Shown here in pieces: positions 1 through 8,100 of a stretch of 64,000 nucleotides of DNA; within the stretch, counting starts at the first letter, position 1, and each line of letters starts with the position of its first letter. A program made the translations under genes and the position numbers. The notes beneath the pieces were generated by a model. That model was not told the origin of the DNA. It saw only the letters and a list, made by a program, of their open reading frames with translations, and did not search any database. Source of the stretch: Burkholderiales bacterium (GTDB lineage: Bacteria; Pseudomonadota; Gammaproteobacteria; Burkholderiales; SG8-39); the NCBI GenBank assembly GCA_035500055.1, contig DATJXO010000043.1:245-64244 (forward strand), in the 5' to 3' direction.

Positions 1-2
1 AG

Positions 3-329
3 TACGAGTATCTGTGGCATTGCGCCGTTTGCCACGGCCCGAGCGGAAAGGGCAACGGACCCTACTCGGCGTTTCTAACGAAGGTTCCGAGCGATCTCAC
101 GACCCTCGCAGCCAGAAACGGCGGCGTATTTCCGGATCAGAGGGTCTACGAGACGATCGACGGCAGGCGGGCGGTCGGGGCGCACGGCCCCCGCGATATG
201 CCCGTCTGGGGAGTGGACTTCAGCACCGGACTCGCGATGCAGCCCAATCCGGCCTCTACCCCCGAGGCGCTCGTCCGAGCGCGCATACTGGGGCTCGTTG
301 ACTATCTACGCAGGCTTCAGGCCAGGTAA
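3..329 (+). CDS. c-type cytochrome, C-terminal part (5' end outside window)
   Basis: Frame 3 reads YEYLWHCAVCHGPSGKGNGPYSAF...DMPVWGVDF...LRRLQAR. It has a CxxCH haem-c motif (CAVCH) and stop TAA at 327-329. It is absent from the ORF track because it has no in-window start. The listed ORF 14..301 is an Arg/Gly-rich alternative frame. Confidence 0.7.
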   Translation, partial: YEYLWHCAVCHGPSGKGNGPYSAFLTKVPSDLTTLAARNGGVFPDQRVYETIDGRRAVGAHGPRDMPVWGVDFSTGLAMQPNPASTPEALVRARILGLVDYLRRLQAR

Positions 330-454
330 TCCGGCTGAAAGAGCGCTCGGCGGCCGGCGCACCAGCGAGCAAAGAGCTGCGGCGGTTGATCGAGGTTCCC
401 CGAAGAGTCAAGCGTAGACTTACGAGACGCTCAAACCTAAACGAAGGAGGGTGT

Positions 455-958
455 ATGCATCACGGACGTCTTGTCGCATGGCGCCGACGCGCTGAAGCCG
501 TGGCTTGGGGCGCCTTCATTCTTGGCCTCGTTTCCACGATCCCGGCTCGGGCCGACGGCCTCGCGGGCGCCCAGCCGACCAAATCCGAGTACGGGGTCAT
601 TTTCCACATCGACAGCGGCGATCAGGCCACCATCAAGAAAACTCTCAATAACGTCGAGAACCTGATGCACGATCCACGCTTCAAGGATCGCAAGCTTCAC
701 GTCGAACTAATCGCGAACAGCAAGGGCTTCGCCGTATATGTGAAGGGCAATGGCTTTGAGAAGCGGCTTGAGCAGCTCAAAGCCGACGGCGTCGAGCTAG
801 CGCAATGCTCCAACACGTTGCGCGAGCTGCATGTCGACCGCGGAGATCTCTACAGTTTCATTCAGATTGTTCCCTCGGGCATGGGTGAGATCACAATCCG
901 GCAAGCCGAGGGTTGGGCCTACATCCACCCATCGTCGCCGCCAGCAAGCGACTTGTAG
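455..958 (+). CDS. DsrE/DsrF-like family protein (COG1416-type), probably exported
   Basis: Lies in ORF 386..958. ATG 455 (MHHGRLVAW) follows AAGGAGG. The N-terminus is signal-like (AWGAFILGLVSTIPARA). The body (GVIFHIDSGD...ELAQCSNTL...VPSGMGEITIRQAEGWAYIHP) matches the DsrE-like fold family as I recall it. Confidence 0.6.
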   Translation: MHHGRLVAWRRRAEAVAWGAFILGLVSTIPARADGLAGAQPTKSEYGVIFHIDSGDQATIKKTLNNVENLMHDPRFKDRKLHVELIANSKGFAVYVKGNGFEKRLEQLKADGVELAQCSNTLRELHVDRGDLYSFIQIVPSGMGEITIRQAEGWAYIHPSSPPASDL

Positions 959-1099
959 CTGCCGGCAGAAGTTCCAGAGGGCTGCTGCCCGTCCCGGTAG
1001 GCGGGTCGGGGTTCGCGGTCGCTCGACCGAACGTCGGGTTCCGCCACCCAAAGCCGGTGTTCGGGGCGTAGACTCGCCTTCGTAAAAGGGGGAATCTGA

Positions 1100-2440
1100 A
1101 TGAGCACGCAAGTGGGAGCGGAGCACGCCGGTCACGGTAGCGAGCGTGGTTTCGCCAAGCTCGAGTTCGAGCTGGACGACTATCCCGGACCGGTCAAGAC
1201 CACGCTGTTCGGCATCCAGCACGTGCTGGTGATGTTCACGGCGATGGTAGGCGGACCGCTGATCGTCGGACGACTTCTCAATTTGCCAGAAGGCACGCGC
1301 ATCGCGATGGTCTCGGGAACGATGATCGGCTGCGGCATCGCCACCATGATTTCTTCGTTGGGCGTGTCCTTCATCGGCCCGCGCTTGCCGATTGTGATGG
1401 GCGTGTTCTATATCTTCATCGGCCCGATCGTCCATATCAGCAAGCAGGTGAGCTTGGCGGCGGCGATGACCGCCCTCATCATCGGCGGTGCGGTCCAGTT
1501 TGCCTGGAGTCCGCTGATCGGCCGGCTGCAGCGCTTCTTCCCGCCGATCGTCACCGGCACCACCATCCTTCTGATCGGCACGGGCCTGATGAAGATCGGC
1601 ATCAACGTCGCTTCCGGGTTCGGCACCCCGGCCTTCGGCAAGCCGGTCACCCTCGGGCTTGCGGCCCTGATGATCGTTCTGATCCTGGTCATCACGCGCT
1701 TTGCCAAGGGCGTGGTGCGAGCGCTGTCGCTCTTTCTCACGATGGTGATCGGCTACCTGGTGGCGGCGGGCTGGGGCTTGATCGATCTTGGCAGCGTCGC
1801 GAGAGCCGACTGGGTCAGCGCACCGACTCCATTCCCCTACGGTGGGCTGCAATGGCCGGGGATCATCGCGGTAGTCACCGTCGTGGTGTGCTTCTTTGCC
1901 ACCGCAGTGGAGACCACTGGGCACACGCTGGCGGTCACGCGAATCGTCGGCGTGCCGCAGGAGAGTTGGCGCATCCGTGGCGCGGTGTCGAACGACGGTC
2001 TCGGCTCGGCGATCTCGGCGCTGTTCGGCGGCATGGCGCTCACTTCCTACTCGCAGAACATCGGCGTCATCTCGCTCACGGGAGTCGGGAGCCGCTTCGT
2101 CGTGGCCTTTGGTGGAGCGTTTCTGATCGTCATGGCGCTGGTCCCGAAGGTCGGTGCGATCATCGCGCTGATGCCGAACGCCGTGCTCGGCGGCGTGCTG
2201 CTATTCATGTTTGGCATGGTGGCTTCCGTCGGTATCGACATCATTGGCCGCAATTTGGCCTCGAGGCGGGACGCCGTAATCCTCGCGGCCTCGCTCGCAG
2301 TAGGACTCGGCATCCAGGCTGCGCCGCCGGGCGCGTTCGACGTCATCGATCCAGCTCTGCGCATCCTGGTCACCGACGGCATCGTGATGGGCATCCTGCT
2401 GGCCATGCTGCTCAACATCCTGATGCCGAAGGAGCCGTAG
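1100..2440 (+). CDS. nucleobase:cation symporter-2 (xanthine/uracil permease) family transporter
   Basis: 446-aa polytopic ORF. The motifs FGIQHVLVMFTAMVGGPLIV and SYSQNIGVISLTGV are typical of NCS2 permeases. Confidence 0.85.
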   Translation: MSTQVGAEHAGHGSERGFAKLEFELDDYPGPVKTTLFGIQHVLVMFTAMVGGPLIVGRLLNLPEGTRIAMVSGTMIGCGIATMISSLGVSFIGPRLPIVMGVFYIFIGPIVHISKQVSLAAAMTALIIGGAVQFAWSPLIGRLQRFFPPIVTGTTILLIGTGLMKIGINVASGFGTPAFGKPVTLGLAALMIVLILVITRFAKGVVRALSLFLTMVIGYLVAAGWGLIDLGSVARADWVSAPTPFPYGGLQWPGIIAVVTVVVCFFATAVETTGHTLAVTRIVGVPQESWRIRGAVSNDGLGSAISALFGGMALTSYSQNIGVISLTGVGSRFVVAFGGAFLIVMALVPKVGAIIALMPNAVLGGVLLFMFGMVASVGIDIIGRNLASRRDAVILAASLAVGLGIQAAPPGAFDVIDPALRILVTDGIVMGILLAMLLNILMPKEP

Positions 2441-2898
2441 CAGAATGTCGTATGGCCTGGTGCCGGAATGTCGACTTCTGGCCGGTAGCCGACTGCCGCG
2501 CTGCAGGGAATCTTAGGCGAATGTCGGGTTGCGTTGATCGGTTGAATCCGCCACCCTTGACAGGGCCGCCGGGAAGGTGTCGACTGAACGCGCTTCGGTG
2601 ATTCGGTTCGGGATGGGTTCTTAAAACAACGGCTGATGATCCAGGTTGCTGCGCAAGTGTTCCGCTGTTGCGCGCGCCCCGAGTTGCGGGTGTACCTGAA
2701 GCGAATGGGCAGCGACCGCCCTCGATGCAATGTTTGAGGATCGTTCCGACCCGAGGAGCCGAAGCACACGATACCGCGCGGCCACCGCCATCCTCCGCGC
2801 TATCCCCCGAAGCGCGTCCCTTGCCGCAAGGATCTTGTCAGCTGCCGCGAATACAGGACCGCCCTACGAGTCCGAAGGCCGGCGCTTTCATACATCGC

Positions 2899-3231
2899 TC
2901 AGTCGGCGCACTCCTGCCGTTCGGTACGAAAGCACGTCCTCGACGAATCGTTGCTACAAGGCCCCGCGACGGGCGTCTCGCACCAAATATCCCGATGGCG
3001 TGGCTGAGCGTGAGTTGCGTCAACGGAAGCGGCCGATCGGGGCGGGGGCGCCGCCGGTCCCGGGGCCGGTGTTGCGGGACCTGCCGCGGAAGGCTTCGCA
3101 TGATCGGGCCGCGCGGGCGCGCCTGCTGAAGCGGAAGCGCTTTGGTCAGGCGGCATTGCCTGCGCGTTCGCGATGTGGGGCACGCCAGCGAGATAGACGA
3201 TGAGGGTCAGGGTGATCTGGCGTACTGACAT
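2899..3231 (-). CDS. hypothetical small secreted protein (Pro/Ala-rich linker, 4-Cys C-terminus)
   Basis: 110-aa ORF with a signal-like N-terminus (MSVRQITLTLIVYLAGVPHIANA) and C-terminus WCETPVAGPCSNDSSRTCFRTERQECAD. I recognise no family, and it could be a chance ORF in high-GC DNA. Confidence 0.35.
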   Translation of the reverse strand: MSVRQITLTLIVYLAGVPHIANAQAMPPDQSASASAGAPARPDHAKPSAAGPATPAPGPAAPPPRSAASVDATHAQPRHRDIWCETPVAGPCSNDSSRTCFRTERQECAD

Positions 3232-3241
3232 GGATTGCCCG

Positions 3242-3511
3242 TCAGATCCCGAAGCGGTGATGGATAACGTTACCCGCGACCAGGCACGCGGCGGCGCTCA
3301 GCGCGGCGATCGTCAGCGCGTTGAAGCTGAACTCGCCTGGAAGGGCGGTCGAGCCGCTCAGCATCGGGGCGAGGACCTGCCCTCCAACCGTTCCCGCGAC
3401 GGCGCCGATGACGATCGACACGACGACGCCGCGGTATTCGTTCATTCCCAATATCGCGAACGCGGCCCAGCCGATACAACCACCAGCGGCAATCCATATG
3501 GCGATGTTCAT
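3242..3511 (-). CDS. GlsB/YeaQ/YmgE family stress-response membrane protein
   Basis: Lies inside ORF 3242..3694. ATG 3511 is preceded by GGAGG (gcaggaggcaaaaATG). The 89-aa product starts MNIAIWIAAGGCIGWAAFAILG, typical of this transglycosylase-associated family. Confidence 0.85.
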   Translation of the reverse strand: MNIAIWIAAGGCIGWAAFAILGMNEYRGVVVSIVIGAVAGTVGGQVLAPMLSGSTALPGEFSFNALTIAALSAAACLVAGNVIHHRFGI

Positions 3512-3835
3512 TTTTGCCTCCTGCAAGTGTCGGGAGGTCGGGCTGCTGTTGCTCCACATTCGCGGCCGCAAGAGCAGTCGACCTTGACGATTACCGCGAG
3601 ACAGCGCCGAGTCTCGCGCTCGGACACGATGGTCAAGGAGGGAAGTGCGGCCACCCAAAGGACGCGCCGCCGATCGGCGGCGAGGAGCAGCCACCGCTGC
3701 TTGAGAATCTTGCCGGCGGAGTCTAGCACGAATACCCGCCGGCTAATATGGGCGCCGCCGCAATTCCGGCTTCCGGCGGAAGCCGCCCGGCGCAGAGATT
3801 GATCCTCGCCGTCCATCGCTGCGGGGCGACTTGAG

Positions 3836-5047
3836 GTGCCGCCCACCGTCCTTCGCCTGATGGCCGCACGCGCTGCCCGCAGCCTGGGGCAAGGCGCGCT
3901 GGTCGCGGCATTCGCGCTTTACCTGCGCGCCCTCGGCTGGTCGGCACCCGCGATCGGCGCGACGCTGTCGGCGGCGCTGGTGGTCGGCGCGGCGCTGACG
4001 CTGACCGTGGGCCCGCTGAGCGACCGTTTCGGCAGGCGGGGCTTCCTGCTCGCCTACGAACTGATGCAGGCAATGGCGGCGTTGGTCGCGCTGCTCACCG
4101 CGTGGCCGCCGGCACTGGTGCTCGCCGCCATCGTCGGCGGCTTCGGCCGCGGCGCCAACGGCAGCGCCGGCCCGTTCGGTCCGCTTGAGCAGGCTTGGCT
4201 CGCCCAGGTGGTGCCCGCGGCAAGGCGCGGCGCGGTCTTCAGCGCCAACGCCGCGATCGGTTTCGGTGGCATGGCGCTCGGGGCGCTGCTCGCGGGCGGG
4301 GTGCAATTCCTGATCGGCCCCTTCGGCGAGGTGCTCGCTTACCGGCCGCTGTTCCTGCTGTCGCTCGCCGGGTCGGCTGCGGCGCTCGTCCTCGTCGCGA
4401 CGCTGCGCGATCCGCGGCGCGAGCCTGCATCCGAGCACTCGGCCGCGGCCTCCGGCCGGGCGGCCGCAGCCTCAGAGCGTCGCAGCGAGAATCGCCTGCT
4501 GACGCGCCTGGTCGCCGCCAACACGCTGAACGGCCTCGGCATCGGTATGATCGCTCCGCTCATCGCCTATTGGTTCGCATTGCGTTTCCAGCACGGGCCG
4601 GGATCGATTGGACCGGCGCTCGCAGCGAGCTTCGTGCTCGGGGCGCTCGGCTCGGTCATCGCCGGACGCCTGGTGCACCGCCACGGGCTCATCGGCCCGG
4701 TGGTGATCATGCGCGGCCTAGGTCTCGTCTGCCTCGTGGCGGTGCCGCTCATGCCGGCGTTCGGCGCCGCAGCGGCGTTGTACGCATTGCGCGCGGGATT
4801 CAACCAGGGCACCGCCGGCGTGCGGCAGGCGCTGGTGGTCGGGCTGACGCGCGATCGCCGCGGCCTGGCGGCGAGCCTGCAGAACGCGTCCATCCAGATT
4901 CCGCGCGCGGTCGGACCGCTGGTCGCGGGTTTGATGCTGCACGCCGGAATGCTGCGGCTGCCGTTTCTCGTCGCCGCGGTTCTGCAGGCGAGCTACCTGG
5001 TGCTCTACGTGCGGTTCTTTCGCGGATACGCCGCCGACGGCGTGTGA
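3836..5047 (+). CDS. MFS transporter
   Basis: 403-aa hydrophobic ORF (GTG 3836, alternative ATG 3860) with an MFS loop motif GPLSDRFGRRGFL. Confidence 0.8.
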   Translation: MPPTVLRLMAARAARSLGQGALVAAFALYLRALGWSAPAIGATLSAALVVGAALTLTVGPLSDRFGRRGFLLAYELMQAMAALVALLTAWPPALVLAAIVGGFGRGANGSAGPFGPLEQAWLAQVVPAARRGAVFSANAAIGFGGMALGALLAGGVQFLIGPFGEVLAYRPLFLLSLAGSAAALVLVATLRDPRREPASEHSAAASGRAAAASERRSENRLLTRLVAANTLNGLGIGMIAPLIAYWFALRFQHGPGSIGPALAASFVLGALGSVIAGRLVHRHGLIGPVVIMRGLGLVCLVAVPLMPAFGAAAALYALRAGFNQGTAGVRQALVVGLTRDRRGLAASLQNASIQIPRAVGPLVAGLMLHAGMLRLPFLVAAVLQASYLVLYVRFFRGYAADGV

Positions 5048-5174
5048 GTGGCTTCCGGCGTGGCAACTCCGGCACGTTCCTGACGAAAAACCGGCGGGAA
5101 ACTGTGAGATAAGGTCATGCGCCACGTACGGGGGGCGCGCCAGTTGGTATCCTTCGGGCCGGGAAATCGTCCGG

Positions 5175-8100
5175 GTGGCGGCCCTTCTTAGGTTTTCTGC
5201 GGTACTCGTCGCGTGCGCGCTCGCGCTCGGCGCGGGATCGGCCCGCGCGGCTCCGAGCTTCCAGGCTGCGGGAACAGCCGCCGGGGGAACCGGCAATGCG
5301 ACGCCGGCCTGGCCCGCCGGCCAGTATCAGGTCGGCGACGTGGGGCTGCTCTTCTGCGAATCGGACGGCGGCCAGGCGGCCAACCTCACCACGGCGAACG
5401 GCTTCGCCGCGGTCACCAACAGCCCGCAGTCGACGGGCACCGGCACTGCGGGAACAAGAATCACGGTCTATTGGGCGCGGGCCACGTCGACGACGATGGC
5501 GGCTCCCACCGTCGCCGACCCCGGCAATCACGTCTACTGCCAGATTCTCGTCTATACGGACGTGATCAGCAGCGGCAATCCGTGGGACATCACTGGAGGC
5601 GGCGTCAAGGCTACTGCGAGCACCAGCGTTTCCGTGACCGCGGTGACCACGAGCGTCGCCAACACGCTCATCGTGCAGGGAGTGGCGCGCGACACGGACA
5701 ACAACGCCGGCGCCGCCTTCGGCACCCCGGCGAACGCGAGTCTGACCAACCTCACGAAGGAAGTCGACGCGGGCACTGTTTCGGGCAACGGCGGCGGCTT
5801 CGCGGTGTGGGACGGGGGGCTGGCGAATGCCGGCAGCTCCGGAACCACCACCGCGACCGTCACCAGCTCGGTGAACGCCTTTCTCACAATCGCTCTGAAG
5901 ACCAATACGACGACGCTCGCCACCGGCACCGATCCGGCGGCGGCGACCGTCGCCCCCGGATCCGGAGTTGCCATCGTGGATCAGTTCACGCTGCAGACGA
6001 GCGGCGGCACCGAGGCGATCAGCTCGGTGACGGTGAATCTCTCGACCGCGAGCGGCGTAGGGCGGCTCTCGATCTACAACAACGCGGGGACGGAACTCGG
6101 CTTCACCACGTCTCCGGTGACGGGCTCGAACGCGATCACGGTGTCGGGAATGTCGGCGACGACGACCCTTGGCACGTTCACCGTCCGCATCACGCCGCTG
6201 AGCCACGCCGCGATGCCGGCCCCACCCGGCGCCAGCTATTCGATCACCGCGCCGGTGACCTCGTGGGCGGGCCCGTTCACCCACACGGGCAGCGATACCA
6301 ACACGAATGCGCTCACGATCGACAACCAGTCGCCCAACTCCGCCACGGCGGCGAGCGGCAGCGCGGGCGACACACAGGTGACGCTCAACTGGACCACCTC
6401 GAGCTCCACGGACTTCACCCGCTCGGTGGTGCTGCGCTGGACGGGTGCCGCGGGCTCGGAAGTGCCGGTGGAGGGCACGACGACCTACGCGAACGGAAAC
6501 ACGATCGGCACTGCGACGGTCGTGTGCGTGCGCACCGGGGATGCCGCCTCGACGGCGGTGAGCGGGGTCGACGGCGGAGGCACGGGAGGCTGCAGCGCCA
6601 CGGCGCTCACCGACGGCACGAGCTACAGCTACAAGGTGTTTCAGCAGGACACGAGCGGCAACTACGACACCGGCACGTCGATCGGCCCGTTCACTCCGCT
6701 CGCCGTCACCACTCTGGCCACCGGCGCCGACCCCGCGGCGGCGACCGTCGCGCCCGGCTCGGGCGTCGCGATCGTCGACCAGTTCACGCTGCAGACGAGC
6801 AGGGGGACGGAATCGGTCACGTCGGTGACGGTGACCCTGTCGACGGCCAGCGGTGTAGGACGCCTCTCGATCTACAACAACGCGGGTACCGAGCTCGGCT
6901 TCACCACCTCCCCCGCGACGGGCTCGAACACGATCACGGTCTCGGGGATGTCGGCAACCACCACGCTCGGCACGTTCACGGTCCGGGTCACACCACTCAG
7001 CCACGCGGCCATGCCGGCGCCGCCCGGCGCCAACTACCTGATCACGGCCCCGGTGACTGCGTGGGCGGGTACGAACACCCACGCGGGCAGCGATACCAAC
7101 GCGAACGCGCTGACCATCGACAACCTGTCGCCCAACGGCGCGACCGCGGCGAGCGCCAGCGCGGGCGATACGCAGGTGACGCTCCACTGGACCACGTCGA
7201 GCTCGAGCGATTTCACGCGCTCGGTGGTGCTGCGCTGGACGGGTACGGCAGGCACGGAAGTTCCGGTCGAGGGCACGACCACTTATGCGAACGGAAACAC
7301 CATCGGGACCGCGACGGTGGTCTGCGTCCGCACGGGCGATGCCGCCTCGACCGCGGTGAGCGGGGTCGACGGCGGCGGCACCGGGGGATGCAGCGCTACG
7401 GCGCTCGCCGACGGCACGACCTATAGCTACAAGGTCTTCCAGCAGGACACCAGCGGCAACTACGACACCGGCACGTCGATCGGCTCCGCTACCCCGCTCG
7501 GGCTGCTGGTCTCGATCAACTGCTCGGGTTCCTGCGGCCCGACGAGCGCCGCGAGCGTCAGCTGGACAGTCACGTTCAGGCAGAGCGTCACGGGCCTGAC
7601 GGCCGGCAATTTCTCGCTGGTCTCGGGCGGCGGCCTCGGCGGCTCGCCGGCGATCATCGGCGTGAGCGGCAGCGGCACCATCTGGACCGTCACCGCCGTC
7701 ACGGGAACCGGCAGCGGCACGCTCGGGCTGAACATGACGAACGCCACAGGAGTCTCGCCGGCGCCGGGCAACCTGCCGTTCACGGGCCAGGTGTTCACGA
7801 TTTCGGGCGCCAGCGCGTGCAGCTCCTGGTACAACCCGGCGTGGTCGTACCGCGAGCCGATCACGATCAACTACCCGCAGGTCGGCGGCGCGCTCAGCAA
7901 CTACCCGGTGCTGGTGAGCATCACCGATGCCAATCTCCAGGCCGGCGCGCAGGCGAGCGGCAACGACATCGTGTTCACCGATTCGAGCGGCACGGTCAAG
8001 CTCGCGCACGAGATCGAGCAGTACAACGGCGCGACGGGCCAGCTGATCGCCTGGGTCAACGTGCCGAGCGTCTCGGCGGCGGCAAACACCCTCATCTACA

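Noticed and set aside
14-301. 95-aa ORF listed at the left edge
   Set aside because: Arg/Gly-rich translation. Frame 3 over the same bases gives a cytochrome c with a CxxCH motif, which explains the region better.
3512-3835. Possible gene or RNA in the 324-nt divergent region between glsB-like and MFS genes (ORFs 3508..3846 and 3514..3726)
   Set aside because: The translations lack any recognisable motif and the ORFs overlap each other on opposite strands. This is most simply a divergent promoter region. I cannot exclude a small RNA.
5910-7505. Diversity-generating retroelement (TR/VR) interpretation of the two 798-bp units
   Set aside because: Differences between the units are spread over all four bases and include many synonymous changes rather than adenine-specific substitutions. 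No reverse transcriptase gene is present in the window.
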